Notes: generated by a model from the sequence alone, not told the origin. Positions 1-12,029 are shown, numbered from the stretch's first letter. The stretch: DNA of 44,653 nucleotides from Betaproteobacteria bacterium RIFCSPLOWO2_12_FULL_62_13 (GCA_001771985.1 MERG01000361.1:1-44653); one strand, 5' to 3'. Translations and numbers: made by a program.

Positions 1-40
1 CAAACTCGGAACTCTTGAGTATTGATGTATGTTCTCAATA

Positions 41-2192
<2,152 letters not shown>

Positions 2193-2273
2193 GAAAAAAT
2201 CAAATAGAACCGAGGACTGAAGAATTGATGGTGACAACCGGCCAAGCCGCGCGCAGCGATTTGCTTCGTCTGT

Positions 2274-2301
2274 CCTCTCTCCTCACGCCTCTCTCCTCAC
2301 T
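2274..2301. repeat. Four tandem heptamers CCTCTCT CCTCACG CCTCTCT CCTCACT overlapping the guaB stop codon
   Basis: Read directly. The preceding purine-rich stretch at ~2205-2235 (GAGGACTGAAGAATTGATGGTGAC) is only weakly complementary. Confidence 0.8.
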
Positions 2302-3763
2302 CGACACGGTAGTTGGGTGCTTCCTTGGTGATCTGCACGTCGTGCACGTGCGACTCGCGGATGCCGGCTACCGTAACTTCGACGAACTCGGCCTTGCGGC
2401 GCACTTCTTCGATAGTTGCGCATCCGAGATAACCCATACTAGCGCGCAGCCCGCCCATCAGTTGTTGGACGAGTGGCACCAGCCCGCCCTTGTAGGGTAC
2501 ACGGCCTTCGACCCCTTCCGGCACCAATTTTTCGGTATCGAGTTCGTCAACCTCCTGAAAATAGCGGTCCGCCGAGCCCTCCTGCATGGCCCCGAGCGAA
2601 CCCATGCCACGGTATGCCTTATAGGAACGCCCCTGGTATAGCTCGATCTCGCCCGGCGATTCCTCGGTGCCCGCAAAAAGACTCCCGATCATTACCATGT
2701 GTGCGCCGGCAGCGATTACCTTGGCGATGTCGCCCGAATAGCGGATCCCGCCATCCGCAATCAGCGGCACGTCGGTCTTCGCAAGCGCTTTGGCGACGTT
2801 CGCGACCGCAGAGATCTGAGGCACGCCGATGCCGGCTATGATACGCGTCGTGCAGATCGAGCCCGGCCCGATTCCGACTTTTACGGCGTCGGCGCCACTA
2901 TCGACCAACGCTTTGGCCGCTGTCGAGGTGGCGATGTTGCCACCGATGACTTGCGTCTTCGGGTAGTTGCGTTTCACCCATTTCACACGGCTCAACACCC
3001 CTTGAGAGTGGCCGTGCGCGGTATCGACAACGATGACGTCAGCGCCGGCTTCGATGAGCGCTTCGGCACGCTCCTCGGTGCCTTCACCGACACCAATCGC
3101 GGCGCCTACGCGCAGTCGCCCGAGCCGGTCCTTGCACGCGTAAGGATGCTCGGAGGACTTCAAGATATCTTTCACGGTAATGAGCCCGCGCAGCTCGAAA
3201 GTCTTGTTTACCACCAGCACGCGCTCCAGCCGATACTTGTGCATGAGCGCCAGCGCCTCCTCGCGGCTCGCGCCCTCGCGCACCGTGATCAGGCGCTCGC
3301 GCGGGGTCATGATATTCTTGACCGGCTGGTCGAGCTTTGTTTCGAAGCGCAGGTCGCGATTGGTGACGATGCCAACCACCCTGCCTGCCGCGTTCACGAC
3401 GGGGAGCCCCGAAATCTTGTGCCGGCTCGTGAGGTCCAAGACCTCCCGCACCGTCATGCTGGGGTTGATGGTGATGGGGTCCTTCACCACCCCGCTTTCG
3501 TAGCGCTTCGCCTTTGCGACTTCGGCGGCCTGCGCCTTGGGTGACATGTTCTTGTGAACGATGCCGATACCGCCCTCCTGCGCGATCGCGATCGCGAGCC
3601 GCGCCTCGGTGACGGTATCCATGGCCGCCGACGCCACCGGGATGTTCAACGCGATATTGCGGGTGAGTTTGGCTTTGAGGCTGACTTCGCGCGGAAGGAT
3701 GGTCGAGTGGGCTGGAACAAGCAGAACATCGTCGAAGGTAAGGGCCTTCTGCACCACACGCAT
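2297..3763 (-). CDS. guaB: IMP dehydrogenase
   Basis: [21 protein letters not shown]-terminus, tandem CBS region and catalytic [11 protein letters not shown] loop. Start taken at internal ATG 3763 of ORF 2297..3844. Confidence 0.95.
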   Translation of the reverse strand: MRVVQKALTFDDVLLVPAHSTILPREVSLKAKLTRNIALNIPVASAAMDTVTEARLAIAIAQEGGIGIVHKNMSPKAQAAEVAKAKRYESGVVKDPITINPSMTVREVLDLTSRHKISGLPVVNAAGRVVGIVTNRDLRFETKLDQPVKNIMTPRERLITVREGASREEALALMHKYRLERVLVVNKTFELRGLITVKDILKSSEHPYACKDRLGRLRVGAAIGVGEGTEERAEALIEAGADVIVVDTAHGHSQGVLSRVKWVKRNYPKTQVIGGNIATSTAAKALVDSGADAVKVGIGPGSICTTRIIAGIGVPQISAVANVAKALAKTDVPLIADGGIRYSGDIAKVIAAGAHMVMIGSLFAGTEESPGEIELYQGRSYKAYRGMGSLGAMQEGSADRYFQEVDELDTEKLVPEGVEGRVPYKGGLVPLVQQLMGGLRASMGYLGCATIEEVRRKAEFVEVTVAGIRESHVHDVQITKEAPNYRVE

Positions 3764-3922
3764 GTTCTTGGTCCTTCGCAAAGATTGTATTATACGCAAG
3801 CGCCGGTAAACCGTAAATCGCGCGCCGGGCGTTAAAAAGCCCAAGAATTGACGGATTTGCGCAATCTCGCTATGGTGATGCCAGTGCTTGCGTGTCCGAC
3901 TCTCTGAACATACGGAGTTTAT

Positions 3923-4375
3923 GTGAAAGCGACTATCGGCCTCATCATGCTGCTGCTGTCGGCTGGCGCCTACGGTCAGCTATTCAAATGCATAGGCAAG
4001 GATGGAAGAATCGAGTACGCGAGCCAGTGCCCGCCCGGGGCAAGACAGGAGGCGACGGGTATCAAGAGCACGCTTTCCAGCCCCGCGCCGAACTCGGCGG
4101 CACCGCAAAAATCCCTCGCCGAACAGGACGCCGAATTTCGCAAGCGAATGACCGAAAGGCAAGAAGCGCAGGCCAAGGAGGCCAAGAAAGTAGCGGAGGC
4201 CGAACAACGGCGTCGCGCCTGTGACGACGCCCGCGCCTACCTCAAGAACCTCCAGGCGGGTAATCGCATCGTCCGCGTCGATCCCAAGACGGGCGAGCGC
4301 ATCTACCTCGAAGACGCGCAGTACTCAACGGAAATTGCCGTTGCCCAGCGTTCAGTCGATACAAACTGCAAATAA
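3923..4375 (+). CDS. DUF4124-like secreted protein
   Basis: Signal peptide [18 protein letters not shown] followed by [21 protein letters not shown], typical of DUF4124, then a charged coiled region. GTG start. Confidence 0.7.
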   Translation: MKATIGLIMLLLSAGAYGQLFKCIGKDGRIEYASQCPPGARQEATGIKSTLSSPAPNSAAPQKSLAEQDAEFRKRMTERQEAQAKEAKKVAEAEQRRRACDDARAYLKNLQAGNRIVRVDPKTGERIYLEDAQYSTEIAVAQRSVDTNCK

Positions 4376-4408
4376 ACCGCCGCACCGCTGCTTTAACGTC
4401 GCATCGAG

Positions 4409-4675
4409 TCAACGCTTCCGCCGCACGCGTTGCCGTCGTGCGTCCCTGGGATCCGAAATCAGGGGACGATAGATTTCCACCCGGTCCCCTTCCCTCAGGA
4501 CTGTGTCCGCCGTCACGAGCCTGCCGAAAATTCCGACCTTGCCGCGCACGGGATCGATGTCGGGAAAGCGCTGTCTGATCCCGGATTGCTCGATGGCCTG
4601 GCGCACAGTCGTGCCAGGCGTGACTTCCAGCGCGAGCAGCACTTGGTCTGCGGGCAGCGCGTAGACGATTTCCAC
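4409..4675 (-). CDS. rnfH: RnfH family ubiquitin-like protein (UPF0125)
   Basis: VEIVYALPADQVLLALEVTPGTTVRQAIEQSG...GDRVEIYRPLISDPRDARRQR matches the RnfH/YfjF pattern. GTG start at 4675, 11 nt after the ratA stop. The upstream part of ORF 4409..4867 overlaps ratA and is not counted. Confidence 0.8.
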   Translation of the reverse strand: MEIVYALPADQVLLALEVTPGTTVRQAIEQSGIRQRFPDIDPVRGKVGIFGRLVTADTVLREGDRVEIYRPLISDPRDARRQRVRRKR

Positions 4676-4688
4676 CGCGAACCGGGCT

Positions 4689-5126
4689 TCACTTCGAGCA
4701 ATAAACGCTCTGCGCGCGCCGCACGAAGGCCTCGACGAAAGTGCTGGCGATATAGTTGAACACCGGGCCGATGAGCCTTTCAAGAGTCTTGCTGGAAAAC
4801 TCGTAATGCAGGCGAAACTCGACCTTGCAGCCACGGTCCGCCAGCGGTATGAACCGCCAGGCACCATCCAGCGTTTTGAATGGTCCTTCCACCAACTTCA
4901 TGCGCATGGATCGCCCGGGTTCCTTCAGGTTCTCGGTGGTGAAGCTTCGCTTGATCCCGCGATAATTGATGTGGATCGTCGCGTGTGTTTTGGCCTCGAC
5001 GCGGTGTTTCACGCCGGAGCCGCCGCACCATGGCAGAAACTCGGGGTAGCGTTCGACCGCATCGACCAGGGCGAACATCTGCTCCGGGGAGAAGTCCACG
5101 AGGACGGATTTTCTTACTTCGCGCAT
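4689..5126 (-). CDS. ratA: SRPBCC/START-fold RatA (YfjG, Coq10-like) family protein
   Basis: 145-aa ORF with VERYPEFLPWC and the conserved ratA-rnfH pair divergent from smpB. Confidence 0.8.
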   Translation of the reverse strand: MREVRKSVLVDFSPEQMFALVDAVERYPEFLPWCGGSGVKHRVEAKTHATIHINYRGIKRSFTTENLKEPGRSMRMKLVEGPFKTLDGAWRFIPLADRGCKVEFRLHYEFSSKTLERLIGPVFNYIASTFVEAFVRRAQSVYCSK

Positions 5127-5130
5127 GACC

Positions 5131-5494
5131 TACGGAAGCTCTGATTAACGTATTTTGACGCACAACGTCGCATGGATAGATGCGTGCGGCGCGATGATTT
5201 GCATCACCCTCGCTCGCCCAAGCTGCGCTCGCTCGCGACACAACCCGCGGTTTTTCAGAGTATCCCTAATTGCGCGGCGTGCCGCGGGTGAAGGCACGAC
5301 ATGGCCTCCCAGCAGCGTGCTGTTAGAATAACATTTGCCCGCAACGAAACAGCGCCACGGAGGTTCTGATTAACGTATTTGAGCGCACAACATCGCAAGG
5401 ACAGGTGTCCGCAATGCGTTGATTTGCATCGCCCTCGCTCGCCCGAGCTGCGCTCGCTCGCGACACAACTCGCGGTTTTTCAAAGTGTCCCCAA
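5131..5494. repeat. Two direct copies (~140 bp, period ~225 bp) of the ratA-smpB intergenic region: copy 1 at 5131-5270, copy 2 at 5356-5494
   Basis: By-eye alignment gives roughly 80-85 percent identity overall. The right-hand ~75 nt are nearly identical (GATTTGCATCRCCCTCGCTCGCCCRAGCTGCGCTCGCTCGCGACACAACYCGCGGTTTTTCA). Confidence 0.85.
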
Positions 5495-5940
5495 TGTCCA
5501 TCGTCCAGAACAAGAAAGCCTTCCACGATTATTTTATCGAGCAGCGCTTTGAAGCCGGCGTCGCCCTGGAAGGATGGGAGGTCAAGGCCATCCGCGCCGG
5601 GCGGGCGCAGTTAAAGGAAGCCTACGTGATCGTGCGCAATGGCGAAATCTTTCTCGTGGGCTGCCATGTGAGCCCCCTGCCGACGGCGTCGACACATATT
5701 TCGCCCGATCCAACCCGGACCCGCAAGCTGCTCCTCCATGCCGCGGAAATCAACAAGCTCATCGGTAGCGTCGAGCGCGCGGGCTACACCTTGGTGCCGC
5801 TTGACATGCATTACAGCCGCGGCAGAGTGAAGCTCGAAATCGGGCTCGCCAAAGGCAAGAAGCAGCACGACAAGCGCGAAGCGGAAAAGGCACGCCAGTG
5901 GCACCGCGAGAAGCAACGGCTGCTGAAACTCGCCAGGTAG
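5494..5940 (+). CDS. smpB: SsrA-binding protein
   Basis: [34 protein letters not shown]... is a canonical SmpB sequence. Internal ATG 5494 of ORF 5419..5940. Confidence 0.95.
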   Translation: MSIVQNKKAFHDYFIEQRFEAGVALEGWEVKAIRAGRAQLKEAYVIVRNGEIFLVGCHVSPLPTASTHISPDPTRTRKLLLHAAEINKLIGSVERAGYTLVPLDMHYSRGRVKLEIGLAKGKKQHDKREAEKARQWHREKQRLLKLAR

Positions 5941-5949
5941 CGCCCGCGA

Positions 5950-6810
5950 TCAGGCGGATCTCGCTTTACCCAATATCCCCCGCACCGCGTCCTGCAGGTC
6001 GGCCGGCAGCAGCACGATCTTGCTGTTGTCCGAGGCCACAATCCTGTCGAGCGCGCGAATGTATTTCTCGCCCAGCAGATAGAGCATAGGTGTATCCCGG
6101 TCGCCCACCGCGTTGGCGACCTTCTGGATGGCCTGAGACGAGGATTCCGCGAGCGTGACCTGCGCGATCGCGTCGCGCTTGGCGCTCTCGAGCCGACCCT
6201 CCGCTCCAAGGATCATCGCCTGCTTTTCTCCTTCCGCCTTGGTGACTACCGCCTTTCTTTCCCGTTCGGCGGCTGCCTGCAATTCCATCGACTTGACCAT
6301 GGATTCCGAGGGCTTGACGTCTTGAATCTCGACCGACTTGATTGTCAGTCCCCAGTCGATCGCCTCGTCGGAGATCATTTCTCTCAATCTGGCCTTGATC
6401 TTCTCGCGCGAGGACAACGCCGCGTCGAGTTCCATCTCACCGATGATAGACCGCAGCGTGGTCTGCACCAGATTGCGGATCGCCTCGGCGAAATCAGTTA
6501 TGCCGTAGACCGCCTTGACAGGATCGGTCACCTTGATGAAGGCGATTGCATTGGTGATGATCACGGCGTTGTCCCGGGTGATCACCTCCTGCTCCGGAAC
6601 GTCAAGGATGATGTCCTTGGTGACGACCTTGTACGCCACCTTGTCAAAGTAGGGAATGATAATGCTCAGGCCGGGGTGCAGCGTCTGATTGAACTTGCCG
6701 AAGCGCTCGACGATCCACTCCTCTCCCTGCGCCACGATCCTGACGCCTTTCCAGACTGTGACTGCGGCAAATATCAGGATCGCGACCGCGACGATGGTTC
6801 CGATTTCCAT
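5950..6810 (-). CDS. SPFH/band-7 (stomatin/paraslipin-like) membrane protein
   Basis: N-terminal TM helix followed by an SPFH domain (VRIVAQGEEWIVERFGKF...ITRDNAVI...). Paired with the NfeD gene upstream. Confidence 0.85.
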   Translation of the reverse strand: MEIGTIVAVAILIFAAVTVWKGVRIVAQGEEWIVERFGKFNQTLHPGLSIIIPYFDKVAYKVVTKDIILDVPEQEVITRDNAVIITNAIAFIKVTDPVKAVYGITDFAEAIRNLVQTTLRSIIGEMELDAALSSREKIKARLREMISDEAIDWGLTIKSVEIQDVKPSESMVKSMELQAAAERERKAVVTKAEGEKQAMILGAEGRLESAKRDAIAQVTLAESSSQAIQKVANAVGDRDTPMLYLLGEKYIRALDRIVASDNSKIVLLPADLQDAVRGILGKARSA

Positions 6811-6829
6811 GGTTCCTCCCTTTGAACTC

Positions 6830-7273
6830 TTAAGCTTTGCACACCTTCAGCGTATTACCTTCGACCTCGAGCACCCTGACGCGCTCTCCAATCTTGATTT
6901 CCTCGTCGGCTACAGACGCCCAAACGTCCTCGCCGAGGATCGGTTTCTGCAAGCGAATCTCACCCTTTTCGTAAGGCCGAATGCTCTGGGTCACCAGGCC
7001 GACCTCTCCGATAAGCGAGCCCTTAGCCATTCCCGCCCTGGTCTTGAAGATGTTGGGCTTGAATACCTTGAACCAGAGCCAGATGAACAGGACCGAGCAC
7101 AGCGTCCAAGCGATGATCTGGTAAGCGAGGGAGATTGCAGGGAACGCCAGCAGCAAGAGGCCAACGAGTACGGCGCCGAGCCCGAACCACACCAGGAAGA
7201 ACGCCGGCACCGCCAGCTCGAGCAGCATCAATGCGATGCCGAGCACGATCCAATGCCACCACACAAACTGCAT
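6830..7273 (-). CDS. NfeD family membrane protein
   Basis: Multi-TM N-terminus plus a C-terminal OB-like segment (GEVGLVTQSIRP..GEIRLQKPILGEDVWASV). Classic NfeD-SPFH operon partner. Confidence 0.75.
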   Translation of the reverse strand: MQFVWWHWIVLGIALMLLELAVPAFFLVWFGLGAVLVGLLLLAFPAISLAYQIIAWTLCSVLFIWLWFKVFKPNIFKTRAGMAKGSLIGEVGLVTQSIRPYEKGEIRLQKPILGEDVWASVADEEIKIGERVRVLEVEGNTLKVCKA

Positions 7274-7342
7274 GACTTCCTCCCTTGCGCCTTATTCGCG
7301 GTTTGCGCCGGCGCCGCGATCTGAAAGCAAATTTCGGAGAAT

Positions 7343-7408
7343 CTTCCTAAAATTCTACCCCAAATTTTCCCTTGCGGATTAGTAGCCGGAACATAGATTT
7401 TAGGAAGG
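7343..7408. promoter_or_regulatory. AT-rich inverted repeat CTTCCTAAAATTCTA (7343-7357) / TAGATTTTAGGAAGG (7394-7408) upstream of the HTH gene
   Basis: The arms match at 14 of 15 positions. The repeat lies ~55 nt upstream of ATG 7464 in a low-GC spacer. The operator role is inference only. Confidence 0.3.
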
Positions 7409-7463
7409 CTCAGAGCCCATTTCCCGCTTGCGTTGCTACGCGCATCGCGTATACTTCCGCGCC

Positions 7464-7682
7464 ATGAAGGGAAAAGACATTAAGAGAATCCGGGAGAAGC
7501 TCGACCTGAGCCAAAGTGAGTTCGCCGAGCTGGTCGGCGTCAACCTGCGGACGCTCCAGAATTGGGAAATCGACAGAAATGGACCCACCGCTGCAGCGGT
7601 CGCTCTGCTAAAGGCGGCAGACGCGGGATTGCTCACGAGGCGAACCAGGAAGCGCAAGATTTTGAACGACCGACATCGATAA
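7464..7682 (+). CDS. XRE-family HTH protein resembling the C-terminal HTH domain of MqsA/HigA-type antitoxins
   Basis: LSQSEFAELVGVNLRTLQNWEIDRNGPTAAAVALLK follows the MqsA-like HTH pattern. No toxin partner is visible. The 3' end is overlapped antisense by the tnpA ORF. Confidence 0.6.
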   Translation: MKGKDIKRIREKLDLSQSEFAELVGVNLRTLQNWEIDRNGPTAAAVALLKAADAGLLTRRTRKRKILNDRHR

Positions 7683-8147
7683 GAAAAAGTCGGAAGATGG
7701 CAGGGCAAGAGCGCAGTCCAGGCAGCCTGCCGAATGCGCTTCGAGTACTTGGTTACGAACGTATCGCTCTACCACTTCCCAGCCCCCTCGTTCCCCAACC
7801 GTCGCCACATAATACCCATCCGTCCAAAACCCACCTCCCCATAACGCCTTCCTCACAGCCGGCTTACCCTGAAATATCGCCCTCGCCGTAATGCTCTTGA
7901 ACACCCTCACAATCTGCCCAGGCAATACCTTCGGATGCGCTGTGCACAAAATATGAATTTGGTCTCCGTCACATCCTATCCGCTCAAACTCAATGTCGTA
8001 GCGCTCCTCAATACCTCGTGCCGTCTCAACTATGATCCGAACAACATCATCATCCCGCAACGCTTTCCGGTACGTCACCGGAAACACTACGTGGTAATGT
8101 ATCTGCCAGGCACAATGGCTCCCTTTCTTAACTGCACCTTCGCTCAT
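7608..8147 (-). CDS. tnpA: IS200/IS605-family Y1 (HUH) transposase TnpA
   Basis: HUH motif in WQIHYHVVF, catalytic-Tyr region GFWTDGYYVATVG and ERYVRNQ near the usual C-terminus. The ORF then runs ~45 extra codons into the HTH gene. Confidence 0.8.
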   Translation of the reverse strand: MSEGAVKKGSHCAWQIHYHVVFPVTYRKALRDDDVVRIIVETARGIEERYDIEFERIGCDGDQIHILCTAHPKVLPGQIVRVFKSITARAIFQGKPAVRKALWGGGFWTDGYYVATVGERGGWEVVERYVRNQVLEAHSAGCLDCALALPSSDFFLSMSVVQNLALPGSPREQSRVCRL

Positions 8148-8197
8148 CCAACCATCTTAGGAGGGTCGGTGTCCCCGCGGCAAGACCGCGGGGAATA
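7690..8197 (-). mobile_element. IS200/IS605-like element (ends approximate) with a perfect 9-bp subterminal hairpin TCCCCGCGG-caaga-CCGCGGGGA at 8172-8194
   Basis: tnpA plus the hairpin immediately upstream of its start. The hairpin abuts the truncation point of the ExeA-like fragment. The right-hand limit (~7690) is a guess. Confidence 0.55.
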
Positions 8198-8198
8198 G

Positions 8199-8530
8199 CA
8201 AGTTCATCCCGTGCTCGTCGTCGACGAGGCCCAGCACCTGCGCAACGACGTCCTCGAGGATCTGCGGCTGCTCACCAGCTACGCCATGGACCCGGAGCGG
8301 CGCCCGTGTCTGCTGCTGGTCGGCCTCACCGAACTGCGCCGGCGCTTGATGATGGCCGTGCACGAGTCGCTCACCCAGCGCATCGTCGTGCGCTACCACT
8401 TGAGCGGGCTTACCCGCGAGGAGCTGCCCGCCTACCTCTCCCATCGCCTGCAGCTCGCCGGCTGCTCGCTCCCGTTGTTCGAGCCCGCGGTGATCGAGGC
8501 ACTGTTCGAGGCCACACAGGGCTTGCCGCG
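8199..8530 (+). pseudogene. ExeA/TniB-like AAA ATPase fragment (no Walker A region, C-terminus lost)
   Basis: VLVVDEAQHL (Walker B), LEDLRLLTS, LLLVGLTELRRRL, QRIVVRYHLSGL and GLPR follow the ExeA-like pattern. An in-frame stop lies at 8196-8198 beside the IS hairpin. Similarity is lost after ~8530. Confidence 0.6.
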
Positions 8531-9135
8531 CAACTCGTCGATCTGCTCCACGAACTCATCACCGGCATCGAACACCACTACGCCGCACAGATCCACCGCT
8601 ACCACAAGCGGCAGCGAGAAATCCGCCACAGCCGACAGCATCGACAAGCGCAACCCTCAACGCCTAACGATCCTCCATTCTGAGTCCCGCCGCGCAATGC
8701 CCGAGCGCCCTCGGCCGTGCCGTCTCTACCACTTTGCACCCCCACCCCCCAGCATTGCAACACCCGCTGGCTCTATGCGAGAGACGACTCACCTCGCGTC
8801 ACGAAATAGCGTAAGAGATCGCCGGTCAAATAAACAGCGAGACAACAAACGTGCCGGTGCAGCATCCCCTGCTCCCGCTGCCCTTGATCGCCACGCCTGG
8901 CAGCAGCATTGTCGTGCCTTGTTTCAGACGCCGATCGCCGCCTGAGCAACAAATCGCCACCGACAGACGGCAACAGACAAACCGGCCCTACTGCCACCGC
9001 GCCGCATCTCGATTTTACCGGTAGCGGAGATTGTCTGAGATCAAGTCCCGACTTCTACACTTCAGAAAATCCTGTACCGTCATGCCGGTGCCTTTGGCGA
9101 TCTGGCGCACCACTTTTTGTGACGCCCCGCACCGG

Positions 9136-10626
9136 TCAAGTCATGTTCGACACCCGCCGCTGCTGCGATGCCTCTGCCTGGAGTTCACGAGGTTCTGGTT
9201 CTGTGTTCTCGTAGTAGCCGATCAACTTGGCGACCGCCCTTACCGCGGCCTCTGGCGTAGAGAACACGGCCAAACCCGACTGGAGACATCGTTTGTGGGC
9301 GCCTAAGGTGACGCCCATAATATCCATCTCATAGCCCAAACCAATTACCATTACAAGAGGTTTTGGCAGGCTCTTCGCGGCGGTAATGATGACATCCAGC
9401 GCCTGTTCCATCTGGTTTCCGCCAGCCCAGTGCCGCACATAGCCTTCGGGGTATAGCTGGATCAGGAGGAAATCAATCTGATCGTCAGACGCGACTATTC
9501 CGAGACCATCGGCAAAATCTTTGTACAGACCCGTCATCCCCAGGCCCATCTCCGCAGGATTCCTGACCCCCCGTCCGACCGCCAAGCCTGTCATCTTCTC
9601 CAGGCGCCGCGTTGTCTCCTCAGTGAAAAACGGTACTTGGAGTCCTTCCTTTTCGCATAAGTCTGCGGTGACCACTCCGTGTCCTCCGCCCAGTCCCACG
9701 ATCCCCACCCTCCGCCCGGCAGGTGGAGAAAGGTAGCGTAGCGCTACCAGTTGGTTCAGCGCCTCGTCAAAAGTTTCTACCGCGATCGCATTGGTCTGTT
9801 TGAAAACAGCCTGCCAGACGTGCTGCGAGCCCACCAAGGCAGCGGTATGGGAGCTGATCGCCCTTGCGCCACTGGCGGTAAACCCTGTTTTGAGAATAAT
9901 CAGCGGCTTCCTGCTGCTACATTTGGCGATCGCGTTGAGAAATCGCCGGCCGTCCTTCACACCCTCGATATAGACCATGATGCACTTTGTTTCCGGGTCA
10001 TCCGCCAGGTACTCCAGAAACTCGGGGCTGTCTATATCCACCGCGTTTCCATAGCTGACCACCTTGCTGAAGTGGATGCCTCGGGAGCAGGCGAGGGGTA
10101 CAAAGCGTACCATTGCCGACCCGGTCTGCGACACTATCGCCACGGAGCCCGGCTCCGTGGAGAAGCCATAGCTAAAGCTTAGTCCGCTCGCGGGGCAATA
10201 TAATCCCAAGCAGTTGGGGCCGATAAGCCGGGTGTTACTTCCTTTGATGGCATCGGCGAGCTCCTGTTGAAGCCTCCTCGCTTCTTCCTTGCCACTCTCC
10301 GCAAAACCCCCGCTGTATATGTGAACGTGTCCAACCCCTTTGGAAACGCATTCTCTGAGCAGTCCGGGCACCAGAGAAGTCCGCACTGTGATGATGGCAT
10401 AGTCGACTTGTTCCGGTACGTCTGTTATGGACGCATAAGCCCGCAGCCCCAATATCTGAGACGCGCGCGGATTAATCGGGTACAACCGCCCCTTGTAGCC
10501 GGATTCCTGCAAACGGCCCAACCATCCATCAACGCGTTCAGCCTGTTCATCAGCCGAGGCTCCGATGACGGCTACCGAATCGGGATAGAAAGCTTTGCTT
10601 AGAGGCACGCCAGGATTCCCGTGCAC
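9136..10626 (-). CDS. ADP-forming acyl-CoA synthetase, alpha-type protein (CoA-binding plus CoA-ligase domains, no ATP-grasp domain)
   Basis: FYPDSVAVIGAS...YPINP...ITDVPEQVDYAIITV..., LIGPNCLGL and SQTGS motifs. GTG start 9 nt after the stop of the upstream hydratase gene. Confidence 0.8.
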   Translation of the reverse strand: MHGNPGVPLSKAFYPDSVAVIGASADEQAERVDGWLGRLQESGYKGRLYPINPRASQILGLRAYASITDVPEQVDYAIITVRTSLVPGLLRECVSKGVGHVHIYSGGFAESGKEEARRLQQELADAIKGSNTRLIGPNCLGLYCPASGLSFSYGFSTEPGSVAIVSQTGSAMVRFVPLACSRGIHFSKVVSYGNAVDIDSPEFLEYLADDPETKCIMVYIEGVKDGRRFLNAIAKCSSRKPLIILKTGFTASGARAISSHTAALVGSQHVWQAVFKQTNAIAVETFDEALNQLVALRYLSPPAGRRVGIVGLGGGHGVVTADLCEKEGLQVPFFTEETTRRLEKMTGLAVGRGVRNPAEMGLGMTGLYKDFADGLGIVASDDQIDFLLIQLYPEGYVRHWAGGNQMEQALDVIITAAKSLPKPLVMVIGLGYEMDIMGVTLGAHKRCLQSGLAVFSTPEAAVRAVAKLIGYYENTEPEPRELQAEASQQRRVSNMT

Positions 10627-10635
10627 TTTTCTCGT

Positions 10636-11763
10636 TTACGAAACCTGCTTCGCTTTGCTTGGCAAAATAACCGTCGCTTCGCCAACCATCGTTTTCTCGC
10701 CTCGCTGATTCTCACCCCAAATATCACAGTCCACCAGGCGCTCATTGCCCTCGGTCCGTTTCTTCCTGACATTCCCCTTGCACCAGGTCACGTCTCCGAC
10801 CAAGTTGAACCGCCGGACTTCAGCCCTGATGCGCTTCAGAAATCCATCGTCGCCCATCCAGTTAGTCATCAAGTTGCCCAGCCACGCCACTCTCTGCGGA
10901 CCAAAATCGTAAGGTCCGGGAGCTCCTATTGAACGGGCCAGATCGTTATCCCAATGCACGGCCTCGGGCGTATCCGGCACGCCCAGATCATTGGTTACGG
11001 CGAAGCCGGGATGACGTTTCCGGAATTCCAACATGGCACGGTGCGCCCGAATAAATGGCCGCGTACCCCAGCCCGCTATCCACGCGACCATGTCGGCAAT
11101 GGTGAGCGGGCCCTTGACCACCGGAGTCAAACTGTCGCCCTCCTGGACATCCTCCCAATACCGGGGATTGCTTCCTCTGATCTCCTCATGCTCGATGTCG
11201 GCCTCAACCGCCTTGATCTCCTCCGTCGTCCAGTGCCTCAGAGAAATCTTCTGGTATTTTCCCTTTTTCACGGCGCCCACTCTTTCTGTCCTCATGCCCC
11301 AGAGCTTAAGCGTCGTGATCGGGTTGCCCTCTTTGTTTTTGTAGAAACTCGTATGCTCCAAATAGACCATGCGACCGGCAAAGTGGCCCAATTTTTCCTC
11401 GACAGCCGAAATGCCCATCGTGACGTTTCCCTGTTCGTAAGCCCTCATTGGACGGAAAGACTCGATCTCCGCTCCGGCCCACAAGTTGTGCACACCCGGC
11501 ATCCCCTGACGCATTTGGCCGATCATCGCCAAATGTAAGGTGGGAGGGGCTACGAGGCTTCCGTATCGGGTCTGCTTGGCGTATTCTGGATCGTTAAAGA
11601 GTGGGTTCGTGTCGCCAATCCCTTCCGCAAAATGCCTGATTGAATCTCGCGTAACCTCGGTAATGAAAGCATGACGGACAGGCGCATAAGCGCCGGCCCA
11701 CGACTTCAGTTCAGCTATTCTTTCGTCCGTTATGAGTGATTTCTCCGAAGCTTCTTTCGCCAT
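10636..11763 (-). CDS. Double hot-dog (MaoC N-terminal-like plus MaoC-like) acyl dehydratase / enoyl-CoA hydratase family protein
   Basis: 375 aa. DSIRHFAEGIGDTNPLFNDPEYAKQTRYGSLVAPPT is typical of the FAS1-like dehydratase N-domain, and the size fits a fused two-domain hydratase. Substrate unknown. Confidence 0.7.
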   Translation of the reverse strand: MAKEASEKSLITDERIAELKSWAGAYAPVRHAFITEVTRDSIRHFAEGIGDTNPLFNDPEYAKQTRYGSLVAPPTLHLAMIGQMRQGMPGVHNLWAGAEIESFRPMRAYEQGNVTMGISAVEEKLGHFAGRMVYLEHTSFYKNKEGNPITTLKLWGMRTERVGAVKKGKYQKISLRHWTTEEIKAVEADIEHEEIRGSNPRYWEDVQEGDSLTPVVKGPLTIADMVAWIAGWGTRPFIRAHRAMLEFRKRHPGFAVTNDLGVPDTPEAVHWDNDLARSIGAPGPYDFGPQRVAWLGNLMTNWMGDDGFLKRIRAEVRRFNLVGDVTWCKGNVRKKRTEGNERLVDCDIWGENQRGEKTMVGEATVILPSKAKQVS

Positions 11764-12029
11764 TGTTAGACACTCTCTTTGTTCATTGTCCGTTTATGAG
11801 ATCTGCCAGCTTTCTGGCGTCTCGCCGTGAAAAAAAAGTAAGTGAACCGGCAGGCAGATCTCGCCTAGGGTCTCTGCCCTTGGACCGGCCCTTCTCCTTG
11901 CGCGCGACGATATGATCGCCCTCAACGCGCAGGCTCGCGTCGTCCTGCCAGGACAACGGTATTTCGACATGCATGATTTCAAGGATTAGTTGTATCCAGA
12001 AGTCGCCCGAACCTGTTTCTCTTATATAG

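Noticed and set aside
4780-5526. ORFs 4780-5241 and 5323-5526 (minus) sharing the peptide SRASAA.ASEGDAN
   Set aside because: The shared peptide is simply the translation of the duplicated intergenic DNA. The first ORF also overlaps ratA out of frame.
8306-9306. Several 70-125-aa ORFs on both strands right of the ExeA-like fragment
   Set aside because: They overlap one another, are low-complexity, and have no family motifs. I treat the region as decayed mobile-element debris.
11783-11974. 63-aa minus-strand ORF just upstream of the hydratase gene
   Set aside because: It has no recognisable motif and Arg-rich composition, with an alternative overlapping frame of similar length (11794-11982). 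It may be a remnant or a real small protein, but the sequence alone does not support a call.
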